Assembly: GCA_963727825.1 (NCBI GenBank)
Contig: CAVSHO010000001.1
Coordinates: forward strand, 1 to 64,000
DNA: 64,000 nucleotides
From: Ignavibacteriota bacterium
GTDB lineage: Bacteria; Bacteroidota; Ignavibacteria; UBA10030
Reading direction: 5' to 3'
Shown here: piece after piece, positions 36,305-46,029 of the stretch
Layout: every line of letters starts with the position of its first letter
How positions within the stretch are numbered: the stretch's first letter is position 1
Notes under the pieces: generated by a model
The model's input: the letters and a program-made list of their open reading frames with translations, nothing else
Told to the model about the DNA's origin: nothing
The model's database searches: none
Program-made: the position numbers and the translations under genes

Positions 36305-37573
36305 ATGCAAAAGTTTTTACTCATTACATATTTCTGGCCCCCGTCAGGTAAGGCCACGCTTCACTGGCCGCTTAAGATAATAAAACACCTCCCGGGATAT
36401 GGCTGGCAGCCGATTGTTCTAACAGCCGATGAAGATACATTTTCTCAAAAAGACGAATCACTGCTAAAAGAAGTTGATCCTAATCTAAAAGTCTTCAAAG
36501 CAAAGGCGATAGAACCATTCGGCATTTACCGCCGCCTGTTGGGAAAAGAAAAAGATACGCCTTTAACTGCATCGGAGACAATATCAACAACGAACCGTGG
36601 ATTGCGACATCGGCTTGCTGTCTGGATACGAATGAATTTATTCATTCCGGATGCGCGCATTGGATGGTACTGGAACGCCATCCGAAAAGGGAAACAAATT
36701 ATTAAATCAGAGAATATCAAAGCGATCGTTTCCATTGGACCACCGCATTCGACATTGTTGGTGGGTAAGAAATTGAGTGAGATAGCAGGCATTCCACATA
36801 TTCCCGTATTTATCGATCCATGGGTTGATATCTCTTATTACAAAGATTTTAAAAGAAACATGTTTACTCTTGCAATAGATCGGCACCTTGAACGTTCTGT
36901 CCTGGAAAAAGCTTCACGCATTGTTTTTGTCACAAAAAGTATGAAAGAAGATTACGAACGTCGATATCCGAATATCCAAAGCAAGTCGCATGTTCTTTAT
37001 TGGGGATATGATGAAGAAGCATTTAGCACTTACATTTCAAAAAAGCTTAAGGGACCTGAAATACTTTTGCATGCAGGAAATATCTATGACCATCAGAACC
37101 CGAAAACGCTATGGATAACCCTTCGAAAGGAAATCGATAAAGGAAGAAATCTTAAAATCGTTTTTGTTGGAACAGTTGGGCCGGGTATTCGGCAGTCAAT
37201 ACAAGACGTTGGACTTAGTGACAGAACAGAATACAAAGGATTTCTGCCCTATAAACAAATGATTGAAGAAATAGGTACTGCATCGTACCTGCTGGTCTGT
37301 GCTTCAGAGAAACGCCATGTGCCCGGAAAGCTTTTTGAATATCTTCGTTCAGGCAAGCCCATTCTTGCTTTTGGTGATAGCAATGAAGAGGTTCAAAGGA
37401 TATTGGAAGAAACACGGGCAGGGATGATTTTTCCTTTGACGTCAGATGGCGGAGAATTTTTTAAGCAGCTGCCGCGCTTCCAGACCAATCTAAGTAGCTT
37501 GCGGCGATTCGACAGAAAAGAAATTTCGGGTGGTCTGGCTAAAGTTCTGAATGAAATAATTTCTGCGCACTAA
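36305..37573 (+). CDS. Glycosyltransferase family 4
   Basis: TYFWPP, IPDARIGW, GPPHS, DPW, PGKLFEYL. Confidence 0.85.
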   Translation: MQKFLLITYFWPPSGKATLHWPLKIIKHLPGYGWQPIVLTADEDTFSQKDESLLKEVDPNLKVFKAKAIEPFGIYRRLLGKEKDTPLTASETISTTNRGLRHRLAVWIRMNLFIPDARIGWYWNAIRKGKQIIKSENIKAIVSIGPPHSTLLVGKKLSEIAGIPHIPVFIDPWVDISYYKDFKRNMFTLAIDRHLERSVLEKASRIVFVTKSMKEDYERRYPNIQSKSHVLYWGYDEEAFSTYISKKLKGPEILLHAGNIYDHQNPKTLWITLRKEIDKGRNLKIVFVGTVGPGIRQSIQDVGLSDRTEYKGFLPYKQMIEEIGTASYLLVCASEKRHVPGKLFEYLRSGKPILAFGDSNEEVQRILEETRAGMIFPLTSDGGEFFKQLPRFQTNLSSLRRFDRKEISGGLAKVLNEIISAH

Positions 37574-37595
37574 CCTTTTCGTTTAAACGCATCTA

Positions 37596-38513
37596 TTATT
37601 TTCTTAGATACGGATTTTTTGGTAGTTGGATAGTAATAAAGTCGCGTTCTTTCATACCCCTTGTTACCCTTTCATCAGGTTGTTCCTTGAATATGATGCA
37701 GCACAATGAGCCATGGGGAATGATTCCTAATAAACTTATAAAGCTCCTTAACGCCAATTTCATTTTTATTTTCTTGTACAATCTTTGGTTAATCGGAACG
37801 TCATATAGTCCCTCAATTTTCTCATGACTTTTAAAATTATCATACCGTTTAAATGCAATGCAGGGCAGCCCCATTCCCATAGCAATCTTTTCGATCTCAC
37901 GCTCTGAAATTTTAAAGACATAGTTACCAACAGATTCCCATGAAAACCGATTCTTCCAGATTTTGTTAATGAATAAAGGATTGATCTTGTCGCATATATT
38001 TTTAATCCAAATGAGAAGTGACATTTTAGAAAGGATATCGATTGGTTCCGTGACAAGTACCGTAGCAATTTTGCTGGCACGTATCATTTCATATACGCCT
38101 AAGTACGCACGCGGGAAATGATGAAATGCTTCTTTGCAAATGACAAAATCAAATGAATTGTCGCTGTAAGTCAATCTTTCAACATTTTGTTTACTGAATT
38201 CCTTAATGAGTCCATCAGATTTTGCCTCTTTGAGTATAGCGTCAGACAGATCGGAAGCTATAACATTTTGATTTCTCTGCAACAGGTAATTTGCCTCCAA
38301 ACCATTATAGTCTCCAACAGTTAACCATGTTTTGGTCGTATCAAAAAAAGGTGTGAGGAATTCCAGCGGCTCTGAAATCAACTTGTAGGCAGCACAATTC
38401 TGATTCTTTATATGGAATAGCACTTGCTCTTTTTCGTTTGCCATTTTTATAATATTCATTTCTTGAGCCTGATAATTTGAATTGATCTGACTTGTGCTTT
38501 TTCCCTTTTCCAT
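37596..38513 (-). CDS. Class I SAM-dependent methyltransferase
   Basis: TVGD..GLEA, ASDLS, DNSFDFVICKEAFHH; start uncertain (38567/38513/38459). Confidence 0.8.
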   Translation of the reverse strand: MEKGKSTSQINSNYQAQEMNIIKMANEKEQVLFHIKNQNCAAYKLISEPLEFLTPFFDTTKTWLTVGDYNGLEANYLLQRNQNVIASDLSDAILKEAKSDGLIKEFSKQNVERLTYSDNSFDFVICKEAFHHFPRAYLGVYEMIRASKIATVLVTEPIDILSKMSLLIWIKNICDKINPLFINKIWKNRFSWESVGNYVFKISEREIEKIAMGMGLPCIAFKRYDNFKSHEKIEGLYDVPINQRLYKKIKMKLALRSFISLLGIIPHGSLCCIIFKEQPDERVTRGMKERDFITIQLPKNPYLRK

Positions 38514-38595
38514 AGGATCCCTTAGTTGTTGAAACAATATATAATAAAGACAAAGACCACACCACAAGTTAATCGATCAATTACTTAATATCGTC

Positions 38596-39787
38596 TCAAC
38601 TAAGTGATTTCTCAATAATATCTATCACTGCTTGAACAGAGATGGTCTTAATGTCAAGTCGAGAACCATATTGATATAGTTCTACCAATTCTTCAAAGTT
38701 GAGATGTGAGGCTGTAATCGCGGGAGGATATGCATAATAGATCTTATCATATATGTTTTTGGGGTATTCTGTAAATCTTCCGTAATGTTCTCCATTAGAA
38801 ATAACGATGACTGGCTTTTTTGCTGCAACCCCAATATGGCTGACGCTCGTATCATTTGATACAACCAGCCTACATAGTTGAATAGTCTCTACTGTTTCAG
38901 CTAAGGTAAGTTTATTGATGTGATTTGTGATATATGGACGTTGCGATAAAATATATGTATCCTCTTTTGAAGGAATATCCCAACGATCTCCGACAATTAC
39001 ACTTGACATTCCATGTGCAGTATAGAGAAAATCCATTACCTGAATAAAACATTTCAATGGCCATCGTTTCTTTGCAAGAAGAGAACCGGGGCAAATGACA
39101 GCATAACGAGCAGCCTCGGTTTTATTGATCAGCGATGGAAGTGTTGGTGTATATTGATATGAATCAGTCGTCGTTATTTTTTCAATGAACTCTTTGTTCT
39201 TATTAAATTCAAATATTGTGGATGAGGGGATATCAATTAATTCAGTATAGCAATGATTGAAGATGTGCTTTTCCCACTGCTTCTACATGTACGCAATCTC
39301 CTACACAACCAATTTTTTCCTTTGCACCAGAAATTCGAACGATTGAATCGTCACATATAGGATTACGGGAGTATGTTGGATTTAAAACAACTTCGATTCC
39401 CTTTGTCCTTATTTCCCGAAATATCTTCCACCGATAGAAGGCATGGCGTTTCATTTTGTTAGTGTTAATCCAAATGAATTCTGATACTATTTTAGAGTCA
39501 TATGCCAAAGCGAGCTCTTTATAAGCCTGATTACCGCAAAGAGTATATTTGTAGTCCTTAAATCGTGGACTATTCTTTAGCGCCTCTAAAAAATTCCGAA
39601 ACAATATATAATCGCCAATACCATCTATGCGAATAATTAACAGTGTCTTTGGGTTAGGTATCGGCTTCTTCGTCAGGAGTAAAGAATCTAGGATAAAAAA
39701 ACGCACTAATCGTTGCAGGTCAATAATTCGTCGAACAATATTTCTTATGCAGTTAAAAAAAAGGGTCTGCACTTTTTTTTTATCCAT
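38596..39787 (-). CDS. Glycosyltransferase family 9, +1 frameshift near 39290
   Basis: IRIDGIGDYILF (ORF 39242-39787); ICPG...KRWP and VSNDTSVSHI in the downstream frame. Confidence 0.82.
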
Positions 39788-40568
39788 TTATTCGTCTCTG
39801 CTTTGCAATATGAATATCGGATTCTGTTTTACTTCCTAAGTGTAAAGACGTAATCGCCGGAATACCAAACAGAGAGAGTTTCAAGAGAAAGTTATAAACT
39901 GTATTATTGAGTCGTTTGTCGGTCAATATATGGAAGCTTTTCTTGTTCGAATAAAAATTTAACTTGTATTTCTTTGCTATTGCACGAAGAGAATCTAATG
40001 AATAAAAGGCAATATGTTGTCCATGTGTAAATCCATAATAATCCCATGTGTCTGGATTTGGCGTACCAGAAGGAAATGGTACGGTTGAGAATATAAGAGA
40101 ACGGGAAACAGAAAGCATCCGTTCAATCTCTTGCAATGGATCGGCTAAATGCTCGAAACATTCAAAAGCCGTTACCAGCTCGATAGTATGATTTTTCGAT
40201 TTATCGTATTCGAATCCTCGAGCGAAAATATTTTCTGCGTAAGGATCGTTCCAAAAAAAATCAAAACCATAATCGCGCATAAGCCGTACAAACAATCCAG
40301 ATCCGCCTCCCCAATCGACAAATTGTCCGTTTTTCTCAAAAAGAAAATAAATCAATGCACTTGTTCGTTTCGCCGACAAAATATTTCTTCGGACAATCCC
40401 GGTATCTTCGGCATTAATAGCTTTTTGATATGCTTCTGAGAGCCAATAAGGTTCTTCGGTCTGAATGAATCCACAGGTGTGACATTGGTAGTATTCAACT
40501 TCGTACTTCAGAAGAATCTGTCGCTTAAATATTTTTGAGGAAATATTTCCGCAAATTTTACAATTCAA
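39780..40568 (-). CDS. Class I SAM methyltransferase with N-terminal Zn motif
   Basis: CKIC...CHTCG, DWGGGSG, FECFEH, GQHIAFY. Confidence 0.85.
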   Translation of the reverse strand: MNCKICGNISSKIFKRQILLKYEVEYYQCHTCGFIQTEEPYWLSEAYQKAINAEDTGIVRRNILSAKRTSALIYFLFEKNGQFVDWGGGSGLFVRLMRDYGFDFFWNDPYAENIFARGFEYDKSKNHTIELVTAFECFEHLADPLQEIERMLSVSRSLIFSTVPFPSGTPNPDTWDYYGFTHGQHIAFYSLDSLRAIAKKYKLNFYSNKKSFHILTDKRLNNTVYNFLLKLSLFGIPAITSLHLGSKTESDIHIAKQRRING

Positions 40569-40632
40569 TTTGCAATCCTTATTGAAAGCACTATAATAAT
40601 ATCTATCAAAACATATGATTGAGCATTAGTTT

Positions 40633-41550
40633 CTATCGATGCATGTTTCGTCGAATCAATTGCCAACCTTTGATAAGCTTAGGTGGATTCAGATATTTTT
40701 TTAGTGTGTATTCATCTGCGACAGAATCGGGAACGACGAAAAGTGGATGCTGAATTTGGTCTATTATTCCCGTTGGACGATTGGCAAATGAACTGAATGA
40801 GTCGATCGTATGAGTAGCGTCACCATCAAAGCCGATGTTAGAAATCAAATTTATATTTGGAAGAACCACTAGTCCATTGTTTATTAGCAATGTATATTGC
40901 CATTGCAAATCCCATGTATCTTTCATTTTTCTGTATACTAAATTAAGATTTCTTTTCCAGTATTTTTGCGTATATAAGGTTGGAAAAAGTAAATGCAGTA
41001 TGTTTTGCTCGAGAAACTGTGGATAAGTGGACATATGAACGTCATATTTCTCCCACGCTTTTTTCCATGTTGCCCAACCCCATATATGGCTGATTCTCGA
41101 AAAATAATAGGAACCATCACCGCGCACCATGCCATCCTGAAGATTTATACCTCCTATATGCATGACCCGGTTATCGTTTCTATAATATTCAAGCAAAGTC
41201 CCACAGAAATGAAAAAAGGACATGTCCGGAAGACAATCATCTTCAAGAATAATTCCTTCGGTTACATGATGGAAGAACCAATCAATGCCGGAACTGACAC
41301 CTATTCGGCATCCTAAGTTCTTTTCAGCAAAGTTTGTCTGGAGTTCGCATTTCCAATCTACTCTTTCAACAATCTTTCGTGCCTCAGCACATAGCTGATC
41401 TTCACCTTTTTTATGTTCACGTGGCCCATCTGCCGATATGAAGAGCTGACGTGGTTGAATATCTCGAATCCTTTGAAACACTTTTTCGGTTGTATCTGGA
41501 CGATTAAAGATGAGGAAAAGAATTGGCGTGTCGAATGTTTTATTTGCCAT
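40633..41550 (-). CDS. Nucleotide-diphospho-sugar transferase (GT-A)
   Basis: IFNRPD, ADGPR, NLGC, IILEDD, WGWATW, DTWDLQW. Confidence 0.88.
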   Translation of the reverse strand: MANKTFDTPILFLIFNRPDTTEKVFQRIRDIQPRQLFISADGPREHKKGEDQLCAEARKIVERVDWKCELQTNFAEKNLGCRIGVSSGIDWFFHHVTEGIILEDDCLPDMSFFHFCGTLLEYYRNDNRVMHIGGINLQDGMVRGDGSYYFSRISHIWGWATWKKAWEKYDVHMSTYPQFLEQNILHLLFPTLYTQKYWKRNLNLVYRKMKDTWDLQWQYTLLINNGLVVLPNINLISNIGFDGDATHTIDSFSSFANRPTGIIDQIQHPLFVVPDSVADEYTLKKYLNPPKLIKGWQLIRRNMHR

Positions 41551-41554
41551 AATA

Positions 41555-42415
41555 TTACCGATTTCTAAGGACGACGATAAGGAAAAAATATTTTATGATT
41601 TTCCATAAACAACTTGACCCAAAAATCAATATATGAAAAATTTTCCAAGGCCAGGGACAGGCAAGCAAAATAAAATTAGAATAGTAAACGGGATGAAGAG
41701 TATATTTTTTTGAAAATAAATGCTTTAGAAAGCCGCTGTACGTTTTCTCATTCTTAAAATTGCTTATTCCGGTTGCAGATTCATCGGCGTAAAGCTTAAG
41801 ATGTTCATCGGCTACTAATGCATATCCCTTATTATGCGCACGGACAGTGAATTCATAGTCGGAAGCATAGTGAGGCAATAGATGTGGGTAAAAACCTCCA
41901 ATAATTAAGAAATCCGAGACGTATAAAAATAATCCGCGGGTGGACGCACAATTAATTTTATTCGGATTCGTCTCGAGCGAAAATCTTAATCTTTTCCAAT
42001 CGGCATGAACTCCACCGTCAAAAAGTCGTTGGCTCACTTCTCCATAAGCATTTGAAATCAATAGAATATTCTGCCGCTCGTTTAAAATAGATACTGCTGT
42101 TTGAAGATAATTTGCGTCAAAGACAGCATCATCATTTATTATCAATACCATAGATGACGCTGGAACGTTTTTTGACTTTATCCAGAGATATCCTTGATGT
42201 AATGAGCCACCCCACCACCAATCTCCGTGTCCTTGAATAATAGTTAAAGATGAAATGCGCTCTTTGACCATTTCCGCCGTTCCATCGGTTGAACCATCAT
42301 CGATCAACAGCAAATGATAATCCTGGAAGGTTTGCTGCTGAAGACATGTAATGATTCGTTGAGTGATCTGTTTCCGATTATGAACCGGAAGTAAAATGTA
42401 AAGTTTTGGAATCAC
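41555..42415 (-). CDS. Glycosyltransferase family 2
   Basis: LPVHNR, DDGSTDGT, GDWWWGG, INDD. Confidence 0.88.
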   Translation of the reverse strand: MIPKLYILLPVHNRKQITQRIITCLQQQTFQDYHLLLIDDGSTDGTAEMVKERISSLTIIQGHGDWWWGGSLHQGYLWIKSKNVPASSMVLIINDDAVFDANYLQTAVSILNERQNILLISNAYGEVSQRLFDGGVHADWKRLRFSLETNPNKINCASTRGLFLYVSDFLIIGGFYPHLLPHYASDYEFTVRAHNKGYALVADEHLKLYADESATGISNFKNEKTYSGFLKHLFSKKYTLHPVYYSNFILLACPWPWKIFHILIFGSSCLWKIIKYFFLIVVLRNR

Positions 42416-42506
42416 TTCTTCCTCAATACATTAGCCTTATGCAAGAATCTTCTATCGCACAGTTCTTCAATAGTCATTGATTGTAAATTACTCATAGAAC
42501 GGGCTG

Positions 42507-43673
42507 TTATTTGACAATGCTCTTATATACTTGTTTCGTTTCCTTTGCAGTTCGCTCCCAGGAAAAGTAATTCAATCGTTCCTTTCCTTTTTTACATAAT
42601 TCTTTCCTGAGTGATTTGTCTAATAATACCTGATTCACAGCACCGGCAATTGATGTTTTATCTTTAGGATCAAAGCACAAGCAAGCGTTTCCTGCTATTT
42701 CTGGCAATGAACTTGTATTGCTTATGAGAACCGGGCAATTACAGGCGAATGCTTCCAGAATAGGAATTCCGAAACCTTCATAGAGAGACGGAAAAACAAA
42801 TGCTAAAGCGTATGTGTAGAGGGAAATTAATATTGCGTCATTCACAGGAAAGTAATAAAGTTTATGCTCTACACCCCATTTATGGAGCAACAATTTCTCT
42901 GCTTGAGTAAAATCTTTCCCACCTGCACATACCACGGAAAGAGTTTTATCCTGTGATAAGAGCGGAACGATTGATTCAATAAAGAAAAGAAAGTTTTTGT
43001 ATAACGCTCTGTTGCCGACATATAGCAAGTAATGCTCTGGAAGATTTAACTTCTGAATTACATTGTTTTGTTTAACTATTTCAGCATTTAATGAATTTGC
43101 TAAATATACTACCTCGATTTTATCGCTCGGCAATTTATACAATTCCATCAAATCCTTTTTAGTGTTTTCCGAAATAGCTATAATTTTCGCAGCCTCTTTT
43201 GCAAGAAGTGATTTCCAGTTCAGAAATTGCTGGGACGATGGATAAAATTCTGGAAAAAGCTCATAAATCATATCGAACACCGTTAAGATAAAGGGCTTAT
43301 CGTGAAGATAGTCCAAGAAGTACGGATCAAAGTAAGTGGGATGAAAAATATCATATTCTCCGCGTGCAATGATTTCTTTAGAATATCTTTTGTTTTCGTT
43401 TTCCCGATAATTGTTAATCTGTTTAACGACAACATTTCTTGCTATATGCACAGGAAATCCGAGTCCTGCTTTATAAGAAATTCTTTTCAAATATGGATGA
43501 ACATCAATATTCCATTTTGCATTTTTCAAATATTCATTATCAGTATATTTAAGCGAAAGATTGAACATGATCTCGGGATCTTTAGAATAAGCATTCATAA
43601 GTTCAAAGAAAATACGAGATACTCCGCCAAAAGCAAAAGAGGAGAAGGCCTGATGATCATAGAGAATTTTCAT
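42507..43673 (-). CDS. Glycosyltransferase family 4
   Basis: GGVSR, HPTY, YVGNR..YKN, FPSLYEGFGIPILEA. Confidence 0.92.
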   Translation of the reverse strand: MKILYDHQAFSSFAFGGVSRIFFELMNAYSKDPEIMFNLSLKYTDNEYLKNAKWNIDVHPYLKRISYKAGLGFPVHIARNVVVKQINNYRENENKRYSKEIIARGEYDIFHPTYFDPYFLDYLHDKPFILTVFDMIYELFPEFYPSSQQFLNWKSLLAKEAAKIIAISENTKKDLMELYKLPSDKIEVVYLANSLNAEIVKQNNVIQKLNLPEHYLLYVGNRALYKNFLFFIESIVPLLSQDKTLSVVCAGGKDFTQAEKLLLHKWGVEHKLYYFPVNDAILISLYTYALAFVFPSLYEGFGIPILEAFACNCPVLISNTSSLPEIAGNACLCFDPKDKTSIAGAVNQVLLDKSLRKELCKKGKERLNYFSWERTAKETKQVYKSIVK

Positions 43674-44446
43674 GGTTTCGTTGATTTCTGCATAATTAGA
43701 AAATCACCTATCATTTTACTCTTCATTCTCCGGCGCACATAATGATGCAATCCTAGTTTCTGAATTCGAAATATCCAACGGATCACCGAATCCGGAAAAT
43801 TCTTCTTAGTGAAAAGATGCAAGGATCCATGCGTATAATAATTTAAGCCATTCTCGTTTGCTATGTATTGAAAACTTTCTTTTGAATAAAACGAAACATG
43901 CTGCCCATGTTCAAATTGATAGTACCACCAATCTGAGGTTGGCACAGAAGAGGGCAGTAAAAAGGTTGAAAACAAAATATTGCTTGAAATGGATAACATC
44001 TTTCTAATTTCAATTAAAGGATCCGTAAAATGCTCGAAACTTTCAAAGCTGGTCAGCAATTCGCAGTTAGACAAAGAGTCAGTATATTCGAATCCTCGTG
44101 CAAGTAAATTCTGTGTCATTGGGTCATGCCAGAGGAAATTAAATCCAATATCTCTCATTAATCGTGTGAAGACACCAAAGCCGCCGGCATAATCAAGGAA
44201 CTTTCCGTTTTTGTCAAACAAAAAGAAAATAAGAAGTGATGTTGTTTTGCTGAAATAAATATTGCGCGAAAGAAGCCCGGTATCTTCTACATTTATTGGA
44301 TCATCGTACGCTTCGTTAAGCCAATAAGGATCTTCCGTCTGAAGAAAGCCACATTGCGGACAATGGTAATAGCATACTTGATATTTACCAAGCACCATGG
44401 CTTTGAACGCAAGTTCCATTTTTTGTTGGCAAATTTTACAGGTCAT
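43670..44446 (-). CDS. Class I SAM methyltransferase, paralog of 39780-40568
   Basis: CKIC...CPQCGFLQTEDPYWL, DYAGGFG, FESFEH, GQHVSFY. Confidence 0.85.
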   Translation of the reverse strand: MTCKICQQKMELAFKAMVLGKYQVCYYHCPQCGFLQTEDPYWLNEAYDDPINVEDTGLLSRNIYFSKTTSLLIFFLFDKNGKFLDYAGGFGVFTRLMRDIGFNFLWHDPMTQNLLARGFEYTDSLSNCELLTSFESFEHFTDPLIEIRKMLSISSNILFSTFLLPSSVPTSDWWYYQFEHGQHVSFYSKESFQYIANENGLNYYTHGSLHLFTKKNFPDSVIRWIFRIQKLGLHHYVRRRMKSKMIGDFLIMQKSTKP

Positions 44447-45852
44447 TGTTTAGCCCAAATTCCCGTTGCTGTGTTATTAATGAGCTTGATGTATTGAATC
44501 GGCGACCAGATAGATCCGACAAAAAGGCAAATAGAAGTTGCGGCAACCACTCCAGCACTTCCCCAATGCAGATATTTTACAAGGACGTACGCAAGCGGGA
44601 TGTTTACAACACCAATAATGATTGAGCTGTAGAGCTGCAATCGAATTCTCCCCGTTCCATTTAAAAAGCTGACGAAGATACTGTTCCAATTGTTAATTGT
44701 CACATAAAATACCATTGCGAGAGAAAGAGTAAATGGGACCGATACCTTATTTCCAACCCAAAGTTGATAAATAGGTTGTGATACCGTTAGCATAAATATG
44801 GTTGTAATAGTTGCCAGAATCCAAATGCCAACTAATTTTCGTGTCGAACTTTTGATCCAGCCAAATTCCTTTTTATGAAACGCTTCCGTGAATGCTGACC
44901 AGAAGGGAGCTATTGCAATGCCGAATAACATAGAAATAACACCAAAGTATTTAAAGGCGATATTATATGCTGTTACCTCGGCTGGACCTAAAAAATTTGC
45001 GATTAAAACATTGCTAGTAGAGAAAATTATCAAAGCGGTAATTTGTATGATAAAGAATTGGACACCGATATTCGCAAGCGTCTTTGCATATTTCAATTGG
45101 ATGAGATGAACTGAAGGTGCAACATATCGGTACCTTTTTGAGTAAAACCACACCGATGCAACTGCCGGAACGAGTACTACGATAGAGCTAAAAACTATAC
45201 CAAAAGTTAAAAGTGAACTTGTAGTCAGCTTTGTTAAACCATAGACTGCGACTAGTGTAACGATATTGATAGATACTTCTATCATACCAGCGCGGCCCGG
45301 TTCTTGATCCGCGGTAAGAACTGTGCCGATCAAACTGAAAACAAAACGCAAGCAAAAAGAGACGATGACAATCAGAACGAGAAGATCTAAATCATGTAAA
45401 GGAATAGAATATGCGCGAAGAATCTTTTGCCAATTCAGGAAATGGTTTATTCCACAAAAAATGACAAGCCCACAACTGACAATAAGTAAAATAAGAAAAT
45501 ACGTTGTGCTTACATATATTCTGGCAAGATTTTTATTGCCAACAGCTAATGCTTCAGCAAATCTATTGCGCAGTCCATTGCCCAAACCAACATCAAAGTA
45601 TACTATCCATGCGACAATAGAGCTCAGGGTAAGCCAAACACCATATTCTGTAGGATTCAAATAGTTAAGAGTAATAGGAACAATAAGAAGTCCGGAAAGA
45701 ATACTGATTACTTTCATAATTCCAAGAAGAACGACGTTCTTTTTCACTTTGATTGATCGTTCATCTCCTGAATGTAGAAAGGAAATACCTTGTCGCCGAA
45801 GTTTGCGAACAAAAGCAAGATTATCGGCGAGGATAGGTGAAGTAAATTTCAT
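44443..45852 (-). CDS. Wzx-like oligosaccharide flippase (MOP family)
   Basis: About 12 TM; YGVWLTLSS, FDVGLGNGLRN, PFWSAFT. Confidence 0.88.
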   Translation of the reverse strand: MKFTSPILADNLAFVRKLRRQGISFLHSGDERSIKVKKNVVLLGIMKVISILSGLLIVPITLNYLNPTEYGVWLTLSSIVAWIVYFDVGLGNGLRNRFAEALAVGNKNLARIYVSTTYFLILLIVSCGLVIFCGINHFLNWQKILRAYSIPLHDLDLLVLIVIVSFCLRFVFSLIGTVLTADQEPGRAGMIEVSINIVTLVAVYGLTKLTTSSLLTFGIVFSSIVVLVPAVASVWFYSKRYRYVAPSVHLIQLKYAKTLANIGVQFFIIQITALIIFSTSNVLIANFLGPAEVTAYNIAFKYFGVISMLFGIAIAPFWSAFTEAFHKKEFGWIKSSTRKLVGIWILATITTIFMLTVSQPIYQLWVGNKVSVPFTLSLAMVFYVTINNWNSIFVSFLNGTGRIRLQLYSSIIIGVVNIPLAYVLVKYLHWGSAGVVAATSICLFVGSIWSPIQYIKLINNTATGIWAKQ

Positions 45853-45922
45853 TAGATAGAAGTTAAAATTAGTATTGAAAAGATCTTGGCCTTAAAAACT
45901 AATACAACAATAATCTCTACAA

Positions 45923-45950
45923 TATTCAACTTTTAATTCAAAGTTGAATA
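45923..45950. repeat. 11-bp inverted repeat (terminator or operator) between yfhO-like gene and wzx
   Basis: TATTCAACTTT-TAATTC-AAAGTTGAATA. Confidence 0.5.
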
Positions 45951-46029
45951 AGTTACACTGATCAATTATCTAGATTATTATGGAGTCAATTGTACAATCA
46001 AAGTTTTATTGGTTCGGATTATTGTAAAA

